Positions 27,751 to 37,434 of a stretch of 64,000 nucleotides of DNA are shown in pieces. Position numbers and translations under genes: made by a program. This DNA is from an uncultured Caulobacterales bacterium (lineage in GTDB: Bacteria > Pseudomonadota > Alphaproteobacteria > Caulobacterales > Caulobacteraceae). How positions within the stretch are numbered: position 1 is the stretch's first letter; every line of letters begins with the position of its first letter. The stretch is taken from NCBI GenBank assembly GCA_903900155.1, contig CAIUMD010000025.1, forward strand, positions 22,458-86,457, given 5' to 3'. Below the pieces are notes generated by a model that had not been told where the DNA came from, ran no database searches, and saw only the letters and a program-made list of their open reading frames with translations.

Positions 27751-30708
27751 TTGCCTAGGATTACGAGTCTCGTTTCCACGTCTCTGTTCGCCTTGATGGC
27801 GGCCGGGGCCGTCTCGGCCCAGACCACGACGTCCGATGACGCGGCCAAGACCCCAGAGGCCGTTTCGGTCGAGGAGGTGGTCGTCACCGGGTCGCGGGTG
27901 CGCACGACCTATAATTCGCCCACGCCGGTCAATGTGGTCGGCGCTGAGCGCATGCAGCAGCTGGCGATCCCGGACGTGGCCACGGCGCTGAACCAGATCC
28001 CGTCGTTCCGCGCAACGGCCTCGTCCTCGACGATCCTGTTCCGCGTGAACGGGGCGATCGGCGGCAATACGCCGGATCTGCGCGGCCTGGGGACCAGTCG
28101 CACCCTGGTGCTGGTCGACGGCCGCCGCTTCGTTCCCAGCCTCGACTCCGGCGGCGTGGACCTCAACAGCGTGCCCAACGCCCTGGTCAAGCGCTCGGAA
28201 GTCGTGACCGGCGGCGCCTCGGCCGCCTACGGGGCCGACGCCGTGGCCGGCGTGGTCAACCTGATCCTCGACACCAAGTTCAACGGCTTCAAGGCCGACG
28301 CCAGCATCGGCCGCAGCGAGCACGGCGACGGCGAGAACTATTTCTTCTCGGCCGCGGGCGGCAAAGGCTTCGCCGGCGATCGCGGCCACATCGTCGGCGG
28401 CTTCGAGTACCGGAAGGACATGGGCGTCGGCAACTGCTTCACCCGTGACTGGTGCGCCAAGCTGACCAACTTCGTGCCCAATCCGGGCTATATCGGCGGC
28501 GTCAGCACCAATGGCCTTCCCGCCACCCTGGTGCTGGACAATGTCTATTTCGTCTATGCCCCGACCGGGGTGCTGCTCAGCGCCGTCCAGACCGTGGGCG
28601 GGGTCAAGACGACCCTTGGCCAGCAGGTCAACAACACCGGCGCCACCGCGCTTCCGGCCGCCCTGCGCGGCCTGCAGTTCAACACCGCCGGTGACGCCCT
28701 CGTGCCGTTCCAGTTCGGCAACTATCTCTCCGGAACCTTCATGCAGGGGGGCGACGCGGCCGCCAGCAACAACTGGGGCTGGGGCAACCCGCCGCTGGTC
28801 GCGCCGACCTCGCACGCCTCGGGGATGGTCCATGTCGACTACGACCTGACCCCCAAGACCCAGGCGTTCGGCGAGTTCATCTACAGCCAGACCAAGGGTG
28901 GTCCGGTGCGCACCTCGGTGCTGCTGCAGGCCCCGGCCGGCGGCGCCAATGGCATCGACATCAATAACCCGTTCATCTCGCCGGCGGTGCGGGCTCAGAT
29001 CCTGGCGGCCAATCCCAACATCACGGCGATCAATGTCAACACCGCCGTGGCCCAGGGCGGCGACACGGTGGTGGCGTCCAGCACCAACGACATCTATCGT
29101 TTCGTCGCCGGCGTGAAGGGCGAGCTGTTCAAGGACTGGCGTTGGGACGCGTCGTACGAGTACGGCCAGACCGATAGCGAGACGGTGGTCAAGAACACCC
29201 GCCTGGCCTCGTTCGACACCCAGGCGACCAACGCCATCACCCCGCCGGCGGGCTATGCGGGCACGATCTACCGCACGCCCTGGGGCGCGCCGGTGATCTG
29301 CGCGTCGTCGGTCGCCAACCCGGGCGACGGCTGCCTGCCGGTCGACCTGTTCGGCGCGAACCTGAGCCCCGACGCCAAGGCCAAATACTTCAAAGACGAA
29401 TGGATGACCCGCAAGATCACCCAGCATGACGTCATGCTGAACGTGCGCGGTTCGCTGTTCAGCTTGCCGGCCGGCCCGGTCCAGGTGGCGTTCGGCGGCG
29501 AGTTCCGTCGCGACGAGGTGTCGGGCGACGTTGACACGCTGACCAAGACCGGACAGTTCGCCGCGCCGCAGGTCACGGCCTTGCCGACGGTGCTGAACAA
29601 GGTCACTGAAGGCTATGTGGAGGCCAATATCCCGCTGCTGGCGGACCTTCCCCTGGCCAAGACCCTGTCGATCGACCTGACCGGTCGCGCCACTCGCTAC
29701 AGCCGGTTCGGCAACGCCAAGCCCTGGAAGGTCGGCGTCGAGTACCAGCCCAATGACCAGATCTTGGTGCGGGTCACGCGCTCGGCCGACATCCGGGCGC
29801 CGTCCGCGGCGGAGTCGAACCCCAATACGGTGCAGACCTTCCTGCCGCTCAACGATCCGTTCAGCGGGACCAACCACCTGATCGGCGCCCTGGCCGGCGG
29901 CAACCCCAACCTGCAGCTGGAACGCGCCAAGACGACCACGGCCGGCGTGGTGCTCAAGCCCAGCTTCCTGTCGGGCTTCCACGCGTCGGTGGACTGGTAC
30001 GACATTGCGGTCCGCAACGCGATCGACTCGGTCTCGGCGCCGAACATCCTGTCGGCCTGCGCGACCAAGAACCTGCTCTGCAACCTGATCACCTTCAGCG
30101 GCGTGGCGAAGGCCAGCCCGGTGACGTCGGTGCTGTCCAACTTCCAGAACGTCGCCGAACTGCACGCCGAGGGTTACGAGTTCCAGTCCGACTATACGAT
30201 CCCGGACGTCATGGGCGGCGTGATGACGTTCCAGCTCAACGCCAACTACGTGAAGGATCTGAAGTCGATCGGCGGCACGGGCCTGGTCACGCGCATGAAC
30301 GGCGTCACCGGCAACGCCGGCTCGCTGGCGGGCATCGCCGGCGTGCCGAAGTACAAGCTGGACGGCGTGGTCGCCTACAGCCGTCCGGGCTGGGGCTTGG
30401 CCGCGCACCTGCGCTACATCCCCAAGAGCATCCTGGATCCGACCAAGATCGGGCCCGAGGACGCCGGCTACAACATCAATCTGCCGACCAGCGTCACCAC
30501 CAACCGGGTCAGCTCGCGGTTCTATCTAGACCTGTCCGGTTCGGCCCAGCTGCCGTCGCTGTTCGGCAGCAGCAAGACCGAACTCTACGGCGGGATCACC
30601 AACGTGCTCGACGAGGCCCAGCCGCCTCAACTGCGCCTGTTCGGCAACCCGCTGCAGTACGACACCGTCGGTCGCGCGTTCCGCATCGGCGTCCGGGCCG
30701 CCTGGTAG
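27751..30708 (+). CDS. TonB-dependent receptor
   Basis: TTG at 27751 after GGGAGGGG. Signal peptide ...LMAAGAVSAQ, plug region EEVVVTGSRV / DLRGLGTSRTLVLVDGRR, and a C-terminal ...GRAFRIGVRAAW. Confidence 0.9.
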   Translation: MPRITSLVSTSLFALMAAGAVSAQTTTSDDAAKTPEAVSVEEVVVTGSRVRTTYNSPTPVNVVGAERMQQLAIPDVATALNQIPSFRATASSSTILFRVNGAIGGNTPDLRGLGTSRTLVLVDGRRFVPSLDSGGVDLNSVPNALVKRSEVVTGGASAAYGADAVAGVVNLILDTKFNGFKADASIGRSEHGDGENYFFSAAGGKGFAGDRGHIVGGFEYRKDMGVGNCFTRDWCAKLTNFVPNPGYIGGVSTNGLPATLVLDNVYFVYAPTGVLLSAVQTVGGVKTTLGQQVNNTGATALPAALRGLQFNTAGDALVPFQFGNYLSGTFMQGGDAAASNNWGWGNPPLVAPTSHASGMVHVDYDLTPKTQAFGEFIYSQTKGGPVRTSVLLQAPAGGANGIDINNPFISPAVRAQILAANPNITAINVNTAVAQGGDTVVASSTNDIYRFVAGVKGELFKDWRWDASYEYGQTDSETVVKNTRLASFDTQATNAITPPAGYAGTIYRTPWGAPVICASSVANPGDGCLPVDLFGANLSPDAKAKYFKDEWMTRKITQHDVMLNVRGSLFSLPAGPVQVAFGGEFRRDEVSGDVDTLTKTGQFAAPQVTALPTVLNKVTEGYVEANIPLLADLPLAKTLSIDLTGRATRYSRFGNAKPWKVGVEYQPNDQILVRVTRSADIRAPSAAESNPNTVQTFLPLNDPFSGTNHLIGALAGGNPNLQLERAKTTTAGVVLKPSFLSGFHASVDWYDIAVRNAIDSVSAPNILSACATKNLLCNLITFSGVAKASPVTSVLSNFQNVAELHAEGYEFQSDYTIPDVMGGVMTFQLNANYVKDLKSIGGTGLVTRMNGVTGNAGSLAGIAGVPKYKLDGVVAYSRPGWGLAAHLRYIPKSILDPTKIGPEDAGYNINLPTSVTTNRVSSRFYLDLSGSAQLPSLFGSSKTELYGGITNVLDEAQPPQLRLFGNPLQYDTVGRAFRIGVRAAW

Positions 30709-30775
30709 GCGCCGGCCCGTTTGAAGACGGCGCCGCTCTCCTTCCTCCTCGGGCGGCGCTGCTCTTCTCTTCCAA

Positions 30776-30809
30776 CCCCGATGCGGCGCTCTCGCATCGG
30801 GGTTTCTTT
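30776..30809 (+). terminator. Rho-independent terminator of the TonB-dependent receptor gene
   Basis: 10-bp stem ccccgatgcg/cgcatcgggg with a 7-nt loop, followed by tttcttt. Confidence 0.7.
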
Positions 30810-30832
30810 GTACGGTGGCGGATGCGAACAAC

Positions 30833-30861
30833 AAAAAAGAGCACCCGCCGGCGAGGGCGGG
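30833..30861 (-). terminator. Rho-independent terminator of the Fe-ADH gene
   Basis: Minus strand reads cccgcc-ctcgcc-ggcggg then tgctctttttt. It lies 33 nt after the stop at 30894. Confidence 0.6.
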
Positions 30862-30893
30862 CGCTGGGAGCGGGACGTTGGGACCCGGCGCGG

Positions 30894-32057
30894 CTACCAG
30901 GCCCCTTCGTAGATGGCCCGCACATCCGCTTCGGTGAGAACCCGGGGGTTGCGATCCAGCAGGCGGGTGACCTTCATGGCCGCCGTGGCCATGCGCGGGA
31001 TGGCGTCGCGCGCGATCCCGAAGTCCGACAGTCGGCGCTTGATCCCGCAGGCGTCGGCCAGGGCGATGACGCGCTCGACGCCGGCCAAGGCGTCGGCCAT
31101 CGCATCGCCGGAGGGCTCGACGCCCAGCGCCTGGGCGATCACGGCGTAGCGGGCGGGCGAGGCCTCGATGTTCAGGCGCAGGACGTGCGGCAGCAGCAGG
31201 GCGTTGGCCACGCCGTGGGCGATGTGGAACTCGCCGCCCAGCGGATAGGCCAGGGCGTGCACCGCCGCGGTGTTGACCGGGCCCAGGCACAGGCCGCCGT
31301 AGTAGCTGGCGATCATCATCGCCGAGCGGGCCGCCAGATCGTCGCCCTGCTTGCAGGCGCGTTCCAGGTTTTCAGCGATCAGCCGAATGCCGCCCAGCGC
31401 GTAGACGTCGACCATCGGGTGGGCGAAGCGATTGGCATAGGCCTCGATGCAGTGGGTGAGGGCGTCCAGGCCCGTCGCCGCCGTCACCGAGGGCGGCATG
31501 GTCACGGTCAGGGCCGGATCCAGATAGGCTGCGTCGGGCACCAGGTGCGGGCTGACGACGCCCTTCTTCAGGTCCTCGTCCTCGTCGCCCAGTATGGCGA
31601 TCGGCGTGACCTCGCTGCCGGTGCCGGCGGTGGTCGGCACGCAGGCCAGCCATAGGGACCGGCCCGCGACCAAGTCGGTCCCGAGCACGTCCATGATGCC
31701 CTGCCGGCCGTCGAACAGGGCCGCGACCAGCTTGGCCACGTCCATGGCGCTGCCGCCGCCCAGGCCGACGACGGCGTCGGCCGCGCAGGCGCGGGCGGCC
31801 GCCAGGGCCGCGTCGAAGTCCTTGAGGGTCGGTTCGCCCGCCAGGTCATGCCAGAGCGTGGCGGAGACGCCTTCGGCTTCCAGGGCATCTACCAGCGGCC
31901 GGCACAGGAACAGGGTGGGCTCGGTGGTGACGATGAACACCGATCGCGCGCCGCGGCCCACCAGGTCGGCCGCGCATTTCGCCAAGGCGCCGGGGCCGAA
32001 TGTGAGCGCACCCACATTGACCATGCTTACGAGCCTCTGTTCCCCCGACTCCATCAC
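30894..32057 (-). CDS. Iron-containing (group III) alcohol dehydrogenase
   Basis: 387 aa. GLGGGSAMDVAK nucleotide motif and His-rich metal site (...HALAYPLGGEFHIAHG...). Confidence 0.88.
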   Translation of the reverse strand: MMESGEQRLVSMVNVGALTFGPGALAKCAADLVGRGARSVFIVTTEPTLFLCRPLVDALEAEGVSATLWHDLAGEPTLKDFDAALAAARACAADAVVGLGGGSAMDVAKLVAALFDGRQGIMDVLGTDLVAGRSLWLACVPTTAGTGSEVTPIAILGDEDEDLKKGVVSPHLVPDAAYLDPALTVTMPPSVTAATGLDALTHCIEAYANRFAHPMVDVYALGGIRLIAENLERACKQGDDLAARSAMMIASYYGGLCLGPVNTAAVHALAYPLGGEFHIAHGVANALLLPHVLRLNIEASPARYAVIAQALGVEPSGDAMADALAGVERVIALADACGIKRRLSDFGIARDAIPRMATAAMKVTRLLDRNPRVLTEADVRAIYEGAW

Positions 32058-32309
32058 GCACGCCTTCCTGTTGTCTGTTTGGAAAAGGAGTAGGACCGGC
32101 CAGGAGCGGGGACTTGCTCATAGAGGCAGACCGACTTGCACCGGGCTGGGCCAACGCCTTGAAAAACCATCGGTGTCGCCGCGCGAAAAGATTGGCGCCG
32201 CTGAGGGCAAGGCCGGGCTCGCAAAGCGGTCTAAGAGGAGCCGCTGTTCTCTCGCGAGGACGCTGCAGGCATGATACGCAGCGTAGCGCGATCTCTTGAG
32301 GAGGCCCGA

Positions 32310-33038
32310 GTGGCTCGCCGATCTTCTGTCCGGCAAGGTGACGACGCGGCGCCCGAAGGCGACGTGCTGGATCGGGCCGAGATGGGGCAAGGGCGCATCA
32401 AGCGGGCGCCGGGCTATGTCGAGGAGGTCTTCGAGGTCATCCGCGCCGACATCATGTCGCTGGCCATCCCGCCGGACACGCGGATCTCGATCGACAGCCT
32501 GGCCCGCCGACTTGGAGTCTCCCAGACGCCGATCCGCGAGGCGCTCAGCATGCTGGAAGCCATCGGCCTGGTCACCAAGCGCCACTTCGTCGGCTATTGC
32601 AGCGCGCCGCAGCTGAACCGCCGCCAGCTGGACCAGCTCTACGAGGCGCGCCTGCTGATCGAGCCCTTCGCCGCCCGTCGCGCCGCCGAGCAGATGGACG
32701 ACCAGGCGATGGCCGAACTGGTCACCCTGGCCGACGCCATGACGCCGGGCGAGTCGCGCCAGTCCTACGACAAGTTCGCCGACCAGGATTCGGAGCTGCA
32801 CGACCTGATCGCGACCGGCAGCGGCAATCCGATCATCCGCGAGACTTTGTCGCGGCTGCATTCGCACCTGCACATCTTCCGCCTGCGCTTCCACAGCGAG
32901 GTGACGACCGAGGCGGTCAACGAGCACGCGGACCTGATCGCGGCCTTGACGGCTCGCGATCCCGACGCGGCCGAAAAGGCGATGCGCGAGCACATCCAGC
33001 GCTCCTACGCCCGGGTGGTGCCGTTCGCGGACGAATAG
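32310..33038 (+). CDS. GntR family (FadR/FCD subfamily) transcriptional regulator
   Basis: GTG at 32310, 5 nt after GAGGAGG. The ATGs at 32271 and 32382 are alternatives. wHTH SIDSLARRLGVSQTPIREAL plus a C-terminal FCD-like helical domain. Confidence 0.85.
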   Translation: MARRSSVRQGDDAAPEGDVLDRAEMGQGRIKRAPGYVEEVFEVIRADIMSLAIPPDTRISIDSLARRLGVSQTPIREALSMLEAIGLVTKRHFVGYCSAPQLNRRQLDQLYEARLLIEPFAARRAAEQMDDQAMAELVTLADAMTPGESRQSYDKFADQDSELHDLIATGSGNPIIRETLSRLHSHLHIFRLRFHSEVTTEAVNEHADLIAALTARDPDAAEKAMREHIQRSYARVVPFADE

Positions 33039-33174
33039 GTCCCGAGCCGCCCAAATTCCAATGGATTAGCACGCGCTCTGGCGGGCCCTGCGGCTCGCCA
33101 GAGCGCGTGCGCACCTGCCTGTAGCGGCACAAAAAACGCCTCAAGGCGCCAACACCAAAATACCGCTTTTCATA

Positions 33175-33195
33175 TTTCCTATATGATATAGGAAA
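33175..33195. promoter_or_regulatory. Perfect 10-1-10 AT-rich palindrome (candidate operator) upstream of the AraC-family gene
   Basis: tttcctatat-g-atataggaaa read directly. It lies 42 bp upstream of the ATG at 33237, in a locally AT-rich stretch. Confidence 0.5.
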
Positions 33196-33236
33196 GTGGT
33201 CAGGGAGGGCACACTCCCGGCTAGGGGAGGCGCTGG

Positions 33237-34229
33237 ATGCACGTCTTCAACACCAACGATCTGACGGGGCGCAGCGCGCCAGGCGGCTGGGCGGGGCTTT
33301 TCGCCAGCCAGATCGAGGCCATGGATTTCAGGCCGGTCAAGCCTGACGCCTTCATGGCCCAGCTGGCGGGCAGCGACCTGGGGCCGCTGCACATCGCGCG
33401 GCTGATCTGTGGTCGCGCAACGGTCGAGCGCGGCGCCACGCAAATCGCCCACAAGGGCGTCTCGACCTACCTGTTGATGCTGCAGGTACGCGGCGAGGCC
33501 GAGGTCAGCCATTACGGTAACACCCCTACCCTGGCGGAGGGCGATTTCGTCCTCTGCGACAGCGGCGCGCCGCTGAAGATCCGTTTCTCTGGCGATGTCG
33601 AGACCCTGATCCTTAAGGTCGCGGCCTCGACCCTGCGAGACTACCTGCCTTCGCCCGAAGGGTTCTGCGGACGCGCGCTGCGGGCCGGCGAAGGATTGAC
33701 CGCCGCCGCCGCCGCCATGGCGCTGAACCTGTTCGGCCGCCTGGAGGCGGGTCTGTCGCTGCATTACCAGGACCGCGTCGCGCGCCAGCTGCTGGACATC
33801 GTCGCCACCGCCTACGCCCTGGCCTTCGACACCTCTAACGCCCGCTCGTCGGTGGTCAGCGGCCGCTGCGCCGCGGTGAAGCTCTATATCGAGCAGCACC
33901 TGCGCGACCCCGAGTTGACGCCCTGCGGGGTGGCGGCCGGCACGAAGCTTTCGACGCGCTATCTGCGGATGATCTTCGCCAGCGAGAACGAGACGGTGTC
34001 GGCCTACATCCTGCGCCGGCGGCTGGAGCAATGCGCCCGCCAGATCGCCGATCCGGCCTGGCGAGGCCATTCGATGACCGAGATCGCCTTTGGCTGGGGC
34101 TTCAACAGCGCCCCGCACTTCACCCGCACCTTCCGCGACCGCTTCGGCCTCCCGCCGCGCGAGTATCGGCGGCTGAAGCTGGAGGAAGAGGGCGGCGCCT
34201 TCGGCGCGCGGAGGCGTCGCGCGGCCTGA
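33237..34229 (+). CDS. AraC family transcriptional regulator
   Basis: 330 aa. C-terminal double HTH ...LSTRYLRMIF... / IAFGWGFNSAPHFTRTFRDRFGLPPREYR. GGGGAGG SD. Confidence 0.85.
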   Translation: MHVFNTNDLTGRSAPGGWAGLFASQIEAMDFRPVKPDAFMAQLAGSDLGPLHIARLICGRATVERGATQIAHKGVSTYLLMLQVRGEAEVSHYGNTPTLAEGDFVLCDSGAPLKIRFSGDVETLILKVAASTLRDYLPSPEGFCGRALRAGEGLTAAAAAMALNLFGRLEAGLSLHYQDRVARQLLDIVATAYALAFDTSNARSSVVSGRCAAVKLYIEQHLRDPELTPCGVAAGTKLSTRYLRMIFASENETVSAYILRRRLEQCARQIADPAWRGHSMTEIAFGWGFNSAPHFTRTFRDRFGLPPREYRRLKLEEEGGAFGARRRRAA

Positions 34230-35725
34230 TGCAACGGACAGACATGGGGTTGAGCTTGACCACGATGGAAACCCGCCGGGCGGCTCTTGCGCGACCGGAA
34301 CTGCTCCGTTCGCAGGCCTATTATGCGGGCGCATGGCGCAGCGCCGAAAGCGGCGAGACGGTCGCGGTGATCGATCCGTTCTCCGGCGAGACCCTGGCCG
34401 ACGTGGCTTCGATGGACGAGCAGGAGATCCGGGCCGCCATCGCCGCGGCGGAGACGGCGTTCGTCACCTGGTCCCGGACCCTGAACCGCGATCGCGGCCT
34501 GCTGCTACGTCGCTGGCTGGAACTGATCGAGCGCGACAAGGAGGACCTGGCCCGCCTGATCACCCTGGAGAACGGCAAGCCCCTGAAAGAGGCCCGGGCC
34601 GAGGTCGCCTACGGCTCCAGCTTCATCGAGGTCTATGCCGACATGGCGGCGGGCGTCCTGGGCGAGATTCTCCCGCCCAACGCCCCCGGCCGCCGGCTGA
34701 TGGCCGAGCGCGAGCCGGTCGGGGTGTGCGCGGCGATCACGCCGTGGAACTTCCCGATGGCCATGCTGACGCGCAAGATCGCGCCGGCCCTGGCGGCGGG
34801 CTGCACGATGGTCTGCAAGCCGGCCAGCGAGACGCCGCTGACCGCTCTGGCCCTGGCGACCCTGGCCGAGGAGGCGGGGATCCCGCCGGGCGTGCTCAGC
34901 GTGCTGGTCAGCGCCCCGGCCCTGTTCGGCGACATCGTCACCAGTTCGAGCGTGGTGCGGAAGATCACCTTCACCGGCTCCACGCCGGTGGGGGCCAAGC
35001 TGATGGCGGCCTCGGCCCCGACCATCAAACGCCTGTCGCTGGAGCTGGGCGGCAACGCGCCGCTGCTGGTCTTCGACGACGCCGACCTCGACGCGGCCGT
35101 CGAGACGGCCATGGTCGCCAAGTTCCGCAATGGCGGCCAGAGCTGCATCGCCGCCAACCGGATCTACGTCCAGCGCGGGATCTACGACGCCTTCCTGTCG
35201 GCCTTTCAGGCACGGATCGCGGCGATGACGGTCGGCGACGGTCTCGACCCGGCCACCGACATCGGGCCGCTGATCAGCGCCCGCGCGGTCGAGAAGGTCG
35301 AACGCCATCTTGATGAAGCGGTGGCCGGCGGCGCGCGCCTCGTCACGGGCGGCAAGGCCCAGGGCGGTCTGCTCTCGCCGCCGACCCTGGTCGCCGATGT
35401 CGCCAGCGACGCCCTGCTGACCCGCGAGGAGACCTTTGGTCCGCTGGCCGGAGTAATCCCGTTTCAGACCTACGACCAGGCCATCGCCCAGGCCAACGAC
35501 ACTCCGTTCGGCCTGGCGGCCTATGTCTGCTCGACCCGGCCCGAGACCATCGCCCGGGCCGGGCGCGATCTGGAGACCGGCATGGTCGGCATCAACACCG
35601 GCCTGATCTCGACGGCTGCCGCGCCGTTCGGCGGGGTCAAGTCGTCGGGGATCGGCCGTGAGGGCTCGCACCACGGCCTCTCGGAGTATCTGAACTACAA
35701 GTATCTGTGCCAGGCTGGCCTCTAG
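34229..35725 (+). CDS. NAD(P)+-dependent aldehyde dehydrogenase (succinate-semialdehyde dehydrogenase-like)
   Basis: LELGGNAP (Glu) and FRNGGQSCIAANR (Cys) catalytic motifs. The ATG at 34229 overlaps the AraC stop; ATGs at 34244 and 34265 are alternatives. The upstream part of the ORF-track entry is rejected. Confidence 0.88.
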   Translation: MQRTDMGLSLTTMETRRAALARPELLRSQAYYAGAWRSAESGETVAVIDPFSGETLADVASMDEQEIRAAIAAAETAFVTWSRTLNRDRGLLLRRWLELIERDKEDLARLITLENGKPLKEARAEVAYGSSFIEVYADMAAGVLGEILPPNAPGRRLMAEREPVGVCAAITPWNFPMAMLTRKIAPALAAGCTMVCKPASETPLTALALATLAEEAGIPPGVLSVLVSAPALFGDIVTSSSVVRKITFTGSTPVGAKLMAASAPTIKRLSLELGGNAPLLVFDDADLDAAVETAMVAKFRNGGQSCIAANRIYVQRGIYDAFLSAFQARIAAMTVGDGLDPATDIGPLISARAVEKVERHLDEAVAGGARLVTGGKAQGGLLSPPTLVADVASDALLTREETFGPLAGVIPFQTYDQAIAQANDTPFGLAAYVCSTRPETIARAGRDLETGMVGINTGLISTAAAPFGGVKSSGIGREGSHHGLSEYLNYKYLCQAGL

Positions 35726-35744
35726 GGGCAGGGGAGCGTCGACG

Positions 35745-36680
35745 ATGCGTCACAGCAAGAAGATCATCATCACCTGCGCGCCGACCGGCTCGATCCACAC
35801 GCCGTCGATGTCGCCGCATCTGCCGATCACGCCGGACCAGATCGCCGACGCGGCCATCGAGGCGGCCGCGGCCGGCGCCTCGATCCTGCACCTGCATGCG
35901 CGGAATCCGGTCGACGGCCGCCCCAGCCCTTCGGCCGAGCACTTCGGGGCCTTCCTGCCGAGGATCAAGCAGGCCACCGACGCGGTGATCAACATCTCGA
36001 CCGGCGGCAGTTCGACCATGACACTGGATGCACGGCTCGAAGCGGCCTTCGCGTTCAAGCCGGAGGTCTGCTCGCTGAACATGGGCCCGCTGATCTTCGA
36101 CTTCAGCGGCGCCGGCGCGCGGGTCGAGAGCTGGCAGCATCCGTGGGAACGCGAGTACGTCGAAACTTCGCGTGGCCGGATCATGTACAATGACAACAGC
36201 TATATCGAGCGCATCATGCGCGAGATCGGCCAGGGTCTGGGCACGCGCTTCGAGTTCGAGTGCTACGACATCGGTCACCTCTACACCCTGTCGCACTTCG
36301 CCGAGCGAGAGCTGATCAAGCCGCCGTTCCTGATCCAGGGCGTGTTCGGCATCCTGGGCGGCATCGGGCCGGACGTGCGCAACCTGGCCCACATGGTCAC
36401 GGTGGCCGACAGCCTGTTCGGTGACGACTACGTGTTCTCCGCCTTCGCCGCCGGCCGCCACCAGATGCCGTTCTGCACCCAGAGCGCGCTGCTGGGCGGC
36501 AACGTCCGGGTCGGTCTGGAGGACAGCCTCTATATCGGCCGCGGCGAGCTGGCCAAGTCCAATGCCGAGCAGGTCACCAAGATCCGCACGATCATCGAGG
36601 CCCTGGGCCTGGATGTCGCCAAGCCCGACGAGGCCCGCCAGATGCTGGACCTCAAGGGCGGCGACGCGGTCGGCTTCTAG
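35745..36680 (+). CDS. BKACE family enzyme (3-keto-5-aminohexanoate cleavage enzyme-like, DUF849)
   Basis: 311 aa. KIIITCAPTGS...TP.QIA..A...AGA.ILHLHARN is the family N-terminal signature. Confidence 0.85.
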   Translation: MRHSKKIIITCAPTGSIHTPSMSPHLPITPDQIADAAIEAAAAGASILHLHARNPVDGRPSPSAEHFGAFLPRIKQATDAVINISTGGSSTMTLDARLEAAFAFKPEVCSLNMGPLIFDFSGAGARVESWQHPWEREYVETSRGRIMYNDNSYIERIMREIGQGLGTRFEFECYDIGHLYTLSHFAERELIKPPFLIQGVFGILGGIGPDVRNLAHMVTVADSLFGDDYVFSAFAAGRHQMPFCTQSALLGGNVRVGLEDSLYIGRGELAKSNAEQVTKIRTIIEALGLDVAKPDEARQMLDLKGGDAVGF

Positions 36681-36695
36681 GAAGGAAACCAAGAC

Positions 36696-37433
36696 ATGAC
36701 GGACAAGGGCGTCTTCCTGGTGACGGGCGGCAGCCGCGGGATCGGCGAGGCGATCGCCCGCTCGGCGGCGGCGGAGGGCTATTTCGTGCTGCTGACCTAT
36801 GTCGGCCAGGCCGACCTGGCGCGGGGCGTTGTCGAGGCGATCCAGACCGCGGGCGGCCGGGCCGACGCCGTGCAGGCCGACACCGGCGTCCCGGCCGACG
36901 TGGCCCGGATGTTCGAGGCGGCCGACCAGCACGGACAACTCTCGGCCCTGGTCTACAACGGCGGCATCACCGGCGGCGTCGGCCTGCTCGCCGACCAGAC
37001 CGACGAGACCTTGGCCCAGGTCATCGCGGTGAACCTGACTGGCGCCCTGATCAGCTGCCGCGAGGCGGTCAAGCGGATGTCGACGCGGTTGGGCGGGCGG
37101 GGCGGTTCGATCGTCCTGCTCTCGTCGCGCGCCGCGACCCTGGGCTCGCCAAACCAGCACCTGTGGTACGCGGCCTCGAAGGGCGGGGTCGATAGTCTCA
37201 ATCTGGGTCTGGCCCGCGAGGTGGCTGGCGAGGGGATCCGGGTCAACTGCGTCTCGCCTGGCCCGATCGCCACCGAGATCCACGCCCCCGGCCGCCTGGA
37301 GGCGATCCGGGCCTCCCTGCCGATGAAGCGCGAGGGCACGCCGGAAGAAGTGGCGGCGGCCGTGATGTTCCTGGTGTCGGATGCGGCCTCGTACGTCGCC
37401 GCCGCCAATATCGAAGTCGCTGGCGCGCGCTGA
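36696..37433 (+). CDS. Short-chain dehydrogenase/reductase
   Basis: 245 aa. VTGGSRGIGEA cofactor motif, catalytic YAASKGG, C-terminal ASYV. Confidence 0.88.
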   Translation: MTDKGVFLVTGGSRGIGEAIARSAAAEGYFVLLTYVGQADLARGVVEAIQTAGGRADAVQADTGVPADVARMFEAADQHGQLSALVYNGGITGGVGLLADQTDETLAQVIAVNLTGALISCREAVKRMSTRLGGRGGSIVLLSSRAATLGSPNQHLWYAASKGGVDSLNLGLAREVAGEGIRVNCVSPGPIATEIHAPGRLEAIRASLPMKREGTPEEVAAAVMFLVSDAASYVAAANIEVAGAR

Positions 37434-37434
37434 A

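Noticed and set aside
27727-30408. 893-aa minus-strand ORF antisense to the TonB-dependent receptor
   Set aside because: No recognisable domains and a strongly biased composition. The plus-strand receptor has a signal peptide, plug motifs and a canonical C-terminus.
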